NCBI RefSeq assembly: GCF_963921235.1
Contig: NC_086108.1
Span: forward strand, 32,862,001-32,926,000
Origin: Mobula hypostoma
Lineage: Eukaryota
Reading direction: 5' to 3'
DNA length: 64,000 nt
This document shows positions 52,491 through 64,000 of this stretch, piece after piece; within the stretch, counting starts at the first letter, position 1; every line of letters begins with the position of its first letter. A program made the position numbers and the translations under genes. The notes below the pieces were generated by a model that ran no database searches, had not been told where the DNA came from, and worked only from the letters and a program-made list of their open reading frames with translations.

Positions 52491-55379
52491 CAGTCAATGT
52501 TTTGGGGTGATACACACAATCAGGTCTGATGATTCAGTATAACCATTAGTGTAGAACTGAAAGGCTGTTCCTGTGCTATATTGTCCTATGTTCCATTTGA
52601 TGTAGCATTTGAATGAAGAAATTTCTGTTTGCTTCATTCCTGAGGGACATTGAATAATCTGCAAGCACGATTGAAATTATTAGCATTTGATAAACTGCAA
52701 CTACATTGCATTTCTTGCCATTGAATAAATTGCAGCTAATCAACAGCACTAGTACATGTGCACTCACATAGAATTAACTGCCTGCTCACCCTGTACTGAC
52801 ATTACACAAATTGCAGCAACACTTGAGAAAACTAGTATCATATGACAATGATGAACTGCAGTGAGAGCTGCACATATTAGACGCAACTGAATTTCAACAA
52901 GAGCAAGGCACATGATGGCATTCAGTGGATTATAACAATGAAACTAGACACTAGAACATGAGAAATAAAAATAGATGACCAGTTGACTCTTCAAATTAGC
53001 TCCATCATTCAATAATTTTTTATCTCCACACCATTTCTTCCATATGCCTTAATACACTTAATATCTAGAAATCTATTGATCTTTGCCTTGAATATATTCA
53101 GTGACCAGGTCTCCAAAGATTCACTTCATTTTCCTTTCATATCTCCCATATAGAAGGCACCCTATTTTGAGACTTGGACCTCTGTTTCCAGATACACCAG
53201 TCGAGAGGAGCATTATCCCAACATCTACCCTGTGAAATCTCCCGATTGCCTCAAATTGTTTTAGTTTAGCAAGAGAGCTGCACTTGTCAGTTAATGACAA
53301 CAGCAGCTTTACTACATGCGCTAGCATGAAATGAATTGTGATTGCAGAACTGCATATGTGGCATTGAATGAAGTGTATGCTTGCTTGTACTGCACTGATA
53401 TTGAATGGCCTGCCTATACTTCCTTTAACTGAATCAAATCAATGTTTGCTCATCTTGCATTGGTATGGCATGAACTACAGTAACACCTATAAGAAGAGTG
53501 ATTGAGTATGCTTCCATCTCCTGACATTGAAGGAGCTGCAGCACAAAACTGGGCAGTAGAGTGAATAGCAGTAACAAAGCTATATGTGTTGATATCATTG
53601 TGAACAGCAGTAATGTCTCCCTGGTCTGGCATTGAATGACCCTTGAGCTGCAGCGGCAGAACTAGATGAACAGACATTGATCACATTCTGTTGCATTATT
53701 GAGTATGCCCACTAGAAAAAGAATCTCAGAGTTGTACATGTGACATATATGTACTTTGATGATAACTTTGCTTTGAACTTTGACCTTAAGCACTACCTGG
53801 CTGTATTAGCACTGAATAACATGTGCAGTGCTTGCCTGTCCTGCACTGATATTGCATGAACTGCAGCAACGCTTGAATGTGCAAGCATCAAATGAACACA
53901 ATATAGCTGTGCATTAACTGAACTAATGCAATGCCTGATTGTGATTGCATTGTACGAATTGTCCAGCAGAGATCCAGGTAATGAAATGTAATAAACTGTG
54001 GCATCGGAAGTGAATGTATTGTTATGGACTGTGTTGCAGCTAAGGGAGCTGCACTTATTGGTATTGGATGAACAGAAGCAGGTGTCTTTTTTAGGGTCTT
54101 TCTTTTCTGTATGAATTCCAGGAGGCTTAATAAGGTACATGAGACTCAAGGAAGTGATAATGATGATCTTCACATCGTCCTGGAGATGGATCGCTACTTC
54201 ATTTGTGTGGTGGTCCCTGTGCCGGATTGTTCAGCTGTCCTTTGCTGCTGGGTTGATCGGGATAAGTGAAACGGTGCAGATCTTGTTTGATCTACTGCCC
54301 AAAGTAGAATCCATCAGTTCCTGTAGAAAGTGCACTCTTCTCTTGACCTCATTTCTGATGTTCTCGAGATGTTGCTTGTGGGGCAATATATGATCAAGGA
54401 TATTGCTGAGGTAGTTAGGTATTGAATTGTGGGAACGCCCAGCTACAGAACTGCTCATTAAGTTCATAAATTATTTTCAGGCTGTTCAGATTGAATGCTG
54501 AAATGACAATCTCTTCAGTGTTAGATTGAAGTCTCCATTTTCTGATGTAGACTACTGGAGAATGAAGATTACCTGTGAGCGTCTTTTTAAAATGTCCTGA
54601 CATTCTTCATTTTGGTACACCAAGAAGCAATTATCAAAAAAAAAGTTAGACCTGTTGATTACTGATCATGGAATTAATTAGCAAATAATTTTTGGAGAGA
54701 TCAGCTGCAGGCCTACATGCCACTTGTGGCAGAGTTGCAGAAGAGATCAACAAAGTTAGCTCCTACTTTCAACACCTTGGAATTTGGCCATGATGGGAAA
54801 AGTCAGAGGCAGGGTCTGCCTAGAATGGTTATGCCCTATGTTAAAGTTACCTGCTGAGTGGCATTGTTGCTTCAAAGATTCAATGAACTGTGGCAACGGA
54901 GCTGTAAGCACTGGCACTGAATTGTTGCTCCCACTGAAATTGACTAAACTGCAGCACCAATGTTGCATGTAATTGCAATGAATGAATAGCAGTAGCAGAG
55001 CTGCATTACTGACAATGGATGAACTGCAGCAATACCTGAATAGACTGACATTGCACTAACCATAATGACTTTGAATGAACTGTTGCAGCAGAACTGCTTG
55101 CATTGGCAATGAATGAATTCCAATGGTTTTGTATACTGATATTGAATTAACCCTGGCAACTCCATAAGCTGACATTGAATAAACTGCCTTTATTGGGATT
55201 GAACAATCTAATGCAGTGGAATCACATATGCTGGAGTTGAATGAACTGAAATATGTATTTTCTTTTGAAAAACTGTAACTGTAACCCCGCATGTGAGCAG
55301 TGAATAAACTGGAGCTACAATTGCAAGTACTGGCGCTAGATGTATAGTAGCAGAAGGGCAAAAAACAAAGAACAGAGTA

Positions 55380-56140
55380 TTACTTAAGTAGCAAAAAAAA
55401 TGCAGAAAGATGTAGCACAAAGGGATTTGGGGTTCCTGTGAATGAAACAGAGAAAATTAACAGGCAATTGAGAAGCCTAATGAAATGTTGGTCCTCGTTT
55501 TAAGGGGACTGGAGTATAAAAGTAGAAGAGACTTACTACAACTGTACAAAGCACTGCTTAATCTCTTTTAGACTACTGTGAACAATTTTGGTCCATCTAT
55601 TTACTATAATATATTATAGAGGTATTCCTGCATTGGAGACAGTTCTGAGAAGTTTCACCAGGATATTTCTAGGTATGGAGGGTTGTCCCATAAGGACAGA
55701 TTAAATAGGATGGTACATTGTTCTTTGGAGTTTTGAAAAGTGCAACGTGATTTTCAATGAAGCATAAAAGCTTCTCAGAAGCTATGCAGGATAAATGCTG
55801 AGAGGATATTTCTTCTCACAGGGAAGTCCAGAACCAAAGGATATGGTCTCAGAATAAGAAGGCACCTATATAAAACTGAGATGTGGAGGAACTTCCTGAC
55901 CCAGTAGACTAAGAATCTTTGGAACTCATTGCCACAGAGGGCCATTTGGGCAGAGTCCTGGGGTGTATTTTAAGACTGATAATGATACATTTTCTAATTA
56001 GTATGGGGAATGATGGGCTTTCGGAAAAGGACAGGAAAATGGATTTCAGCAATGTCAGTTCAGCTATGACCTATTGTATTGCAGAACAGGCTTGAGGGAA
56101 TGGAATAGCTTACTCCTGTTCCCAGTTCTTTTGTCTTATG
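55380..56140 (+). mobile_element. Old CR1 3' fragment
   Basis: Degenerate GLEYKS..LQLYKAL region and a tail ending GTCTTATG. Confidence 0.7.
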
Positions 56141-56997
56141 AAAATTGAGGGACTGAAATACAGTAACGAAACTGCATGAATTTATTTTAAATAATGTGCA
56201 GCATTTTTTTTGTATTGAATAAACTACAGTTACGACTGCATGTACTGGATTGAATAAACCAAAGGTACAACCAAAGGTTTCTGGCACGGATTGTACTGCA
56301 GCACCAAAGCTGCAGTGAATGGAACTGATTGAACCAGAACAGCAGGAACTCATAAATTGCGGCTAAATAAACTGAAACAATAAAGCTGCTTCTGTTGCCG
56401 TTGATTAAACAGTCACAACTCTTCTTGCTTTGGGCTTTGAAAATAGGGTTGCAATGTTTGCAAGTAGTGAAATGCAACATTATAGCTGCTAAAATGCAGC
56501 AAACAAACTGCAGAAAGAGAAATGAACAACCTGGTTTTGAATAAATTGCCACTGCAGAATTGTATACCAGTGCTGAATCCACTCCGGCAATGCCTATGTT
56601 TATTAGCTTGAGTGTAATTCACAACTACACTGCATGCCTTGGCATTGATTGAAATACAGATATGCTGGTGTGTTATGGAGCTGAATGTACTGCAGCACCT
56701 ACTGCATCTAATGGCCTAGAATAAATTGTAGCCTCATAGACAGAGATGTTGGTGTTAAATAAACAGCAGCTTAAATTGCTTAGAATATATTGCCACTATG
56801 CTTACACATATCGACAAGGGATAAACTAGAACTATATTTGCAAGTAATGGAATTTAATGTATTGCAGAATCAGAGCTATACCTTCTGGTTTTATAACAAC
56901 ATATAAAGTGCAGCTAATGTGACGCTACATTGGCAATGAATAACATCTATTAACTGAGCCTGATGAGCTGTGGCAACAGGACTGCACTTCTAACAGG

Positions 56998-57170
56998 CAG
57001 CACACACAAAATGCTGGAGGAACTCAGCAGGCCAGGCAACATCTACGGAGAAGAATACAGTCGACGTTTCAGGCCGAGACCCTTCATAAATGCTGTCCAG
57101 CTTGCTGAGTTCCTCCAGTGTTGTGTGTGTGTTGCTTGGATTTCCAGCATCTGCAGATTTTCTCTCGTTT
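56998..57170. mobile_element. Penelope-derived inverted short element
   Basis: CACACACAAAATGCTGGAGGAACTCAGC...GTCGACGTTTCAGGCCGAGACCCTTCAT followed by an inverted arm. Confidence 0.75.
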
Positions 57171-58198
57171 GCACATTTACCAGACTGCAATTCAGAAATG
57201 GCATGAAACAAAAAACTCTTCTGATGAATATTTTTTAAAATTCTCTACCTAAAAGGGCTGTGGAGGCTCACTGAATAAATATGCTCAAGATGTGGACTGA
57301 AAGAGTTTGGCATGAGGGAAATCAAGAGCTAAAGGGTTAATATAGGAAAGTGATGCTGAGGTTAAGGTTCAGCTGTGATACTATTTAAATACAAAGGATT
57401 AAAGAATTACTCCGTCTGGCATTACTTATGTTCTTAATGGAACTGCATGGCATTGAGTGAATTGCAGCAATGAAGCTGCCATGTTTGCATTGAATTAACT
57501 GCAGCTACAATTGCAGCCATGGAGATGCGCACATCAACATTAAATCAACAGCTGCAGAGCTGTACAGTACTTGATGGTTTTGAATGACTTCTCATAAGCA
57601 CTCAAGGATGACTTTCTTCCGTTTTGCTCCATGGGTTCTTTTGTATTTGAAATGGGATGCGCAGGCTCCTCGATGGAGCTGAATGGTGATTTATTTGGAA
57701 CGTTGTGTGTTCCTTCTGCTGTTTGGAATGTCTCCTGTGTGTTGATAAAGACTTGGAGATGCTCAGTGTCCTCCCAGATACTCTTCGCATCTTGAGTGGG
57801 TTAGGACGAGAAGGTGGTGAAATTAGATCTTTTTGCAAGGGGACTTTGGCGAGGTCCTTAGACTTTTTTGTCGTCCTTCTGAAAACCTTTTGCTGCAACC
57901 AAGTTAAGAATGAGTTGTTGTTTTGCGAATCTGGTGTCAGGAATACGGATTCCCCTACCAGCTCCCTCCCCTCTACTTGCCTGTTAAGTGAATGTCTGAA
58001 GCCTCATTATTGTTGATGTTGGCTTGGGGAGGATAATGTGACACTGGTTTCTCCAAATGGCCAATTGATTGACAAGATCTTGCAGTGGTGTGTTGTATAA
58101 ATGTCATTTACAACTGTCTGTGATAGCACTGAATTAATTTGGTAAGAGGGCTGCATTTACTGCCATTGAGCAAATTGTAAATTGCAACGACAGCTGTA

Positions 58199-58739
58199 CA
58201 CTCAGTGGCTGCCTTATTAGCTACACCTGTACACCTGCTCATTAATGCAAATACCTCATCAGCCAATCACGTGGCAGCAACCCAATGCATAAAAGAATGT
58301 AGACCTGGCTGGAGGTTCAGTTGTCCAGACCAAACATCAGAATGGGGAGAATTGTGATCTAAGTGACTTTGACTGTGGAATAATTGTTCACACCAAATGG
58401 GGTGGTTTGAGTTTCTCAGAAACTGCTGAGCTCCTGGGATTTACACCAGTCTTTAGCGTTTACAGAGGATGGTGAGAAAAACATGAAAGCATCTATTGAG
58501 CAGTAGTTCTGTGGGTGAAAACACCTTAATAATGAGAGAGGTCAGAGGAGAATGGTGAGACTGGTTCAAGTTGATAGGAAGGTGACAGTACCTCAAGTAA
58601 CCATGCATTACAACAGTGGTGTGCAGAAGAGCATCTCTGAACACACAACACGTCGAACCTTCTACGGCAGCAGAAGACCATGAATATACACTCACCTTAT
58701 TAAGTACAGGAAGACACCTAATAAAGTGGCCACTGAGTG
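58199..58739. mobile_element. Non-autonomous Tc1/mariner element
   Basis: TIRs CACTCAGTGGCTGCCTTATTAG / CTAATAAAGTGGCCACTGAGTG, with TA on the left side. Confidence 0.8.
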
Positions 58740-60295
58740 TGTGTAATAACCATGAAAGAACTGCTGATATGCATTTATTACCAATGATTGACCTGCAGCG
58801 GCAAATATTCATTAATCAATTTTCAATGCACCAAAAGTTGATCTGTATGGATTGGTTTTGAATGGACTGCAGCAACACACATGAGCTGCTGCAACATGCA
58901 CCCATGTGTTAATAATGACAACACAGCCCTGCTCATTATGCATAAAGCATCAGACTTGTAGGTGATTACTATAAGAAATTCATACATTATACAGTACTGC
59001 TGCACCAGACCTACAAGGATTTGGGCTTCACAGTGACATGCATTTAGGTAGCACCATTCATTTCCCAGCATATTAATGGACCTTTGTCAATGGGTAATAA
59101 ATTATAAATACCTGCACCACTATCTTTTAAAATCCTTAGCTTTAGGGATTGTCCTCTCAGAGTGTAAAAGTTAAAATAGATTATTATACTATTACAGTTG
59201 TCTATTGAAATCTGTGAGAGAGAAGCAGAAAATAATAAACTGGCTGATATCTAATGTATGGTGGACAATTATTGAAATCTACAATATCAGGCAAAGGAAC
59301 AACTGATGTAAGAATTACAGACTAAGACAATATAAATTTATTAAGGATTGATGTTACCTAATTGCTTTTTCTTTGAGGAAGCATTAAAGTAGAGAGATGT
59401 CCATGGAAATATAAATGGATGTAGTTTATATGAGCATAAAGAAGTCATTTGAAAAGATTCCATATATAAGATCATTCACTAAGGATAGCACATAGAATTC
59501 AAAGCAAATTATTGATCCACATGAAGAAAGGCAAAGAAGTTGGATAATGGTTATATACTTAAATTGGAAGGAAGATGCTAAATGTGTCCTCCCATAAGTA
59601 TATTCTTTTCATGTATCGTGCATAGACAAGTATTCATTGCATTTATTAAATACCTGGATTACACTATAGAGAGCAATATATAAATACATGAGACTCTGCA
59701 GGTGCTGGAAATCCAGAGCAACAAACCCAAATATTGGAGGAACTCAACAGGTCAGGCAGCATCTATGTAAATGAATAAACAGTCGATGTTTCAGACTGAG
59801 ATTGTCTCGGCCTGAAATGTCAACTGTTTATTCACTTCCCCACTTACTGTCTGACCAAGAAAACAATTCATCCAAGTTTGCCAGAGATTATGGGCACAGT
59901 AGGTAGTTAGACAGGAAGATAACCTTTTAAAGAGAAACAGTTTGAGTGTAGCAGATAAACTTCAATGCAGATACTGTATAAGATCACAAAATTTGAATAA
60001 GGAATTATTGATCCATATACAGTATTACTTAAATGTTAAAAAGTTAGGAATAGTAGTGGTCCAAAAGATGTAATACTGGTGTAGAAAAATTTCTAAAGTA
60101 TGACAGCCAGGTACAAAAGGTAATTAAAAAGGTTAACAGAATGAAAGCCATTATAACAAGAAGTCTAGAGTATAAAAGCTGTACAACCATTTGTTTATAC
60201 TATATTTGAAGTACTGCACACATTTCTCACCACTGCAGCCAAGAAGTTGCACATTACCCTTGGACCAAGTGCAAACCATATTTATCAGAAATTTA

Positions 60296-60432
60296 AATGC
60301 AAACAACAGGAATTCTGCAGATGCTGGAAATTCAAGCAACATACATCAAAGTTGCTGGTGAACGCAGCAGGCCAAGCAGCATCTATAGGAAGAGGCGCAG
60401 TCGACGTTTCAGGCCGAGACCCTTCGTCAGGA
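60296..60432 (-). mobile_element. Penelope-derived short element with perfect 12-bp TSD ATCAGAAATTTA
   Basis: TSD at 60284-60295 and 60433-60444. The hammerhead core is intact but the 5' strand of stem I is truncated. Confidence 0.9.
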
Positions 60433-61165
60433 ATCAGAAATTTACTTGGGGCCCAATGTTTAGGTTAAATAAACCAGCATTCTTTGTACTATAGCCACTG
60501 TATTGAAAATTTGTTAATGCTGTTAGGAATTTTAAAGGAATTTATAATATAATTGACTTGTGTTCCACCATTAGTCCCTTAGTCCTCATGATGATAATAT
60601 CAGAGTCAGGCCACTTAAACGACAAATTAGGAAATACTTCGTGTACAGAGTGGGTAAAGTATGGAGTTCTCTTCCCTAAAAAGTGGCAATTGCTAACTTA
60701 ATTAAAAGCAATAAATCTGAAAAGAGAGATTTTTGCTAACCTGAGGTATTTAAGAACATTAAGTTAGGATCACAGCTTTGATTTTACTGAACCTTCCTTC
60801 CTACTTAGGCAACCCTTGGGGAAAGAGAATGGCTTGCTTCTAATCCAGTTTTACAGGGTTTGAGATGACTGATGGGGCTAGAGTGGGAACACTGAGGAGC
60901 AGAAGAAACATAAAGTAACGGATGGGTAGGTTGTTTGTAAGACAATGTGCTCCTGATGCTGCCAACATAACTGAAATGTTATACAGGACTAAATAACGCA
61001 TTGTCAACAGGGTCTTCTAGGGCCTCTATTAGTGATCTCATCTCTCTGGGTGCTGCATTGTCAGTTTAGATTGTCTTTTAAGTAGCACTCTAAGCACACA
61101 CCTTTCTAACTCAGAGGCCTGAATGTTAGCACTGAGCCACAATTGACATCTGAAAGAAGATTCAG

Positions 61166-61389
61166 GCAACACACATCAAAGTTGCTGGTGAACGCAGCAG
61201 GCCAAGCAGCATCTATAGGAAGAGGCGCAGTCGACGTTTCAGGCCGAGACCGCCGTCCTGACGAAGGGTCTTGGCCTGAAACGTCGACTGCGCCTCTTCC
61301 TATAGATGCTGCTTGGCCTGCTGCTTTCACCAGCAACTTTGATGTGTGTTGCTTGAATTTCCAGCATCTGCAGAATTCCTGTTGTTTAC
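61166..61389. mobile_element. Inverted-dimer Penelope-derived element with 14-bp TSD
   Basis: GAAAGAAGATTCAG (61152-61165) and GAAGGAAGATTCAG (61390-61403) flank it. The ~85-bp arms are almost perfect inverted repeats. Confidence 0.9.
61251..61292 (+). ncRNA. Minimal type I hammerhead ribozyme motif
   Basis: CGCCGUC CUGACGA AGG-GUCUUGG-CCU GAA ACGU C^GACUGCG. Core at 61258-61264 and 61278-61281; predicted cut after 61285. Confidence 0.72.
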
Positions 61390-61999
61390 GAAGGAAGATT
61401 CAGTCTTTTTTTTGGTAGATAGAAGTCATCAAACATTTTTACAAGCATATCATGCGCTAGGAATATCTAAAACACAATGCTACGATAGGCAGTGATAAAT
61501 GGTCCTGATTTTATTACCTCTCAAAAAGTTTACGGACCCATTTTTCATTTTCTTTACAAACGTTCAGAAAAGCAAAACAGAAAAAAAATTGCGGGTAATA
61601 AAAATCTGAAGTAAAACTTGAAAAAACTCTAAAGGCTGAGGAGCATCTTTGGAGAAAGGAAGACTTAACATTATCATACTGAAAGGCTAAATTGGTTTGC
61701 TCCTTCACAGTTCCTGCCGGACCTGTTAAATATTACAGCATTTCATGAATTTGGATTGGTTATTTGTTGATTTTTTTTGTGGAATTTACAAAAAAAAGAT
61801 GATCTAATGGCAAATTATTCTGGGTGCCGTGCAGATTATTTCATCAGGAGAGTATATTTCCAGCAGTATATAATGTAGAGTATATGCTGGAAATATAGGG
61901 GTGTCATCAGAACGGTTAGCAGTATAGGCACACCTAACATCAGGTCGGAGTTTGCCTATTTATTTCTTATCCAACGTGAATTCCCTCCCAGATAAATAC

Positions 62000-63025
62000 A
62001 GTTGTTTTATCTCTGCCATGGAGGTGCGTGAGAGATTACATTTAAATATATTCTCGTCCTATGGTTATTTTGGACTAAAGGAAACCGCTTTTTTACTTAG
62101 CGGGTCAAGCCGGCAGAAAACAGCAATCCGTTGCAATTAATCCAATGGCCGGAAAAGTTTAATTTAGCATATGAATATCGGAGCAACATATAATTACCGA
62201 TTTGATTATACAGGAACGATGCGATTCTTTCCTAACGCGAACGAGGAACTGGCCGTGCATAAGGGGGCGCCGCTCTATAGCGTAATCCCTGGGAATCCTG
62301 ATCCAGTGGGAAACCATTCTCTTGATCCCTGCTTTACTGGGATCACCAGCCTATTGAGTCCCAGGAGAAGCAAAACAAAAAAAGCATTTATTTTCGCAAC
62401 TGATCGCATTCATCTTCGGCAACACAGCAATGGACAGCGTGCGGTAAGAGCAGACAATGAAGGGAGCTTCCAGTAGCCGGGTAAATCTGCCATGCATAAT
62501 TGCAAGAAAAAGAAAAGAATGGGTTTATATTTCTGATGTCTGGCGATCGATTCATTTCTGTTTCAACGAAGGTCTGGACCCCAGAGTTTCTTAGCCGCTA
62601 CCTATGAGGACAGGAGAAAGACTGCGTTATTCCATGTGGTTCGAAAACAAATGCAGACTATGCTGGAACCAGTGGCTACAGCCCGCTTCCTCTGCTCCCA
62701 GTGCTACTATATTTCAGCGGAAAGCCAGCATATCCTCTCGTTCCTCTTATCTTTTTGCCAATATGCTGCCTCGTCTTCCTGCTGCTTCCTGCCGTTTGTG
62801 ACATGACAATAAGGAGGAGGAAAAAATTTTGAAAAGGGACTAGCCTGGAACGAATGACGAATTCAAACAGAAAATCAAATCCGAAGACAAACGACAGTGT
62901 CTAAATTACCGCGTCCGGCAAGATCGACTCGTGCCAGTGCTGAATATTGCCCAGCCTCTATTTCCCAACCCTTTGCTTTTTATAAACTATATATAAATCT
63001 CTTCATATAGTTTAACCCTGGAACG
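62000..63025 (+). promoter_or_regulatory. Probable FAM78B promoter / 5' UTR region
   Basis: Repeat-poor sequence with more CpG than background, immediately upstream of the FAM78B ATG. The transcription start cannot be determined. Confidence 0.45.
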
Positions 63026-63288
63026 ATGGGCTGCATTCAGAGTATAACTTGTAAATCAAGAATACGGCGAGAGAATATTGTGGTGTATGACGTTTCTGCA
63101 ACGATTGATCAATGCCCAACTATAATAGAAGAAAATTCCCCTATTGTTTTACGGTACAAGACACCATACTTCAAGGCGTCCGCTCGGGTGGTGATGCCTC
63201 CCATCCCTAGGAATGAAACATGGGTGGTTGGATGGATTCAAGCTTGCAACCAAATGGAATTTTTCAACACTTACAGCGACCTCGGAAT
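63026..63288 (+). CDS. FAM78B: Protein FAM78B, coding exon 1 (gene continues beyond the window)
   Basis: MGCIQSITCKSRIRRENIVVYDVSATIDQCPTIIEENSPIVLRYKTPYFKASARVVMPPIPRNETWVVGWIQACNQMEFFNTYSDLGM is nearly identical to the FAM78B N-terminus as I recall it. Donor AT|GTAAGG follows 63288 (263 nt, phase 2). Confidence 0.93.
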
Positions 63289-64000
63289 GTAAGGGAATTT
63301 AACATGGTATAGTATATGAAATGCACCGCCGTTCAGTTCTGCAATGTGCCGTGTTACCATCATAAGAGTCACAGTGGGGTCGCAAAATGACCATTTCAAA
63401 ACAGAAAACACCACCGCCGGTAAATGGATTTTAGTGTACAGAATTTACGTGTTGCCTCATTTTATTTTAAGTAAACTTGCGCGGCTGTTGTGTTAATTGT
63501 TCAATAGGGCTGTGGTGTTATAGATTTAATAAGCTGAATTACTGTGGAAGACTGAGGACTGTGTGTAATTCTTCGACAGCATGATGCGGGAATAGTGAAA
63601 ATGTGGTTTCTGTGCCGGGTTTACATTAATTTCATCCAGTAGGGCAGATAAATCGTTCCTGTTGTTTATTTTCTTGCCGCGAAACGCGTATCTATGTTTA
63701 CATTTAGTGATCGAAGTGTTACTGTGTGTGGCTTGGTGCAACGGAACGGTTAATTTCCGTGCAGACTGACACATTCAGACTAAACATTGCTTACCTGCCC
63801 ACGTTTCTTTCTAGGGAATGGAGTCAGTCCTGAGAGGCGGTTACTGCAATTGGATTAGATGTCTACCACGCAAACTATTAGGTTTATGTTTAAATAAACA
63901 AGACAATGTGCATATTTAAATAGATTTATTAATAACCTCTCATAATTTCAAATCAGTTCCAGAGATTCAAGTTAAACTTAAGCCGGGAATGATCGACTGA

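Larger units (their letters stand above)
46790..58940 (+). repeat. Highly degenerate ~38-bp tandem array, fragmented by TE insertions
   Basis: Recurrent GRCATTGAATRAACTGCAGCAAC..GAGCTGCA in blocks at ~46790-46995, 50520-50670, 51500-51640, 52590-52950, 53260-54080, 54870-55360, 56145-56995, 57435-57570 and 58110-58940. Confidence 0.8.

Noticed and set aside
54085..58110. Gene-like ORFs at ~54139-54603 and ~57602-58016
   Set aside because: No coherent protein or splice structure. These are probably decayed LINE fragments that I cannot classify.
46790..58940. CRISPR-like repeat/spacer array
   Set aside because: This is a eukaryotic locus with no cas genes. The repeats are far too divergent, and the apparent spacers are themselves variants of one consensus.
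63026..63288. Calling the gene FAM78A
   Set aside because: MGCIQSITCK..IRRENIVVYDV..YKTPYFKASARVVMPPIPR matches FAM78B as recalled.

Overview
Vertebrate genomic DNA, most likely from a cartilaginous fish (ray-like), inferred from its CR1/HER1-, Rex1-, V-SINE- and Penelope-type repeats. Two protein-coding genes are arranged head-to-head. PLPP6 lies on the minus strand as two coding exons (46187-46667 and 13034-13407, 284 aa, all three PAP2 catalytic motifs intact) separated by a 32.8-kb intron. The first coding exon of FAM78B lies on the plus strand (63026-63288). Most of the rest is decayed, often nested transposable elements: Rex1/Babar, CR1 and RTE LINEs, two Tc1 elements, MITEs, a hAT remnant, a BEL/Pao provirus, a solo LTR and a V-SINE. 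Three observations stand out. (1) A young Penelope-derived short element carrying a minimal type I hammerhead ribozyme motif has several TSD-flanked copies, one complete and in sense orientation inside the PLPP6 intron. (2) A heavily decayed ~38-bp tandem array (by-eye consensus GGCATTGAATGAACTGCAGCAACAGAGCTGCATGTACT, with an internal hairpin and a TGAATGAA octamer) starts at the PLPP6 promoter and runs, interrupted by TEs, for ~12 kb toward FAM78B. (3) This PLPP6 contains an intron and sits beside FAM78B, which mirrors the human PLPP7-FAM78A pair. Repeat boundaries were set by eye and are approximate unless TSD or TIR coordinates are given.
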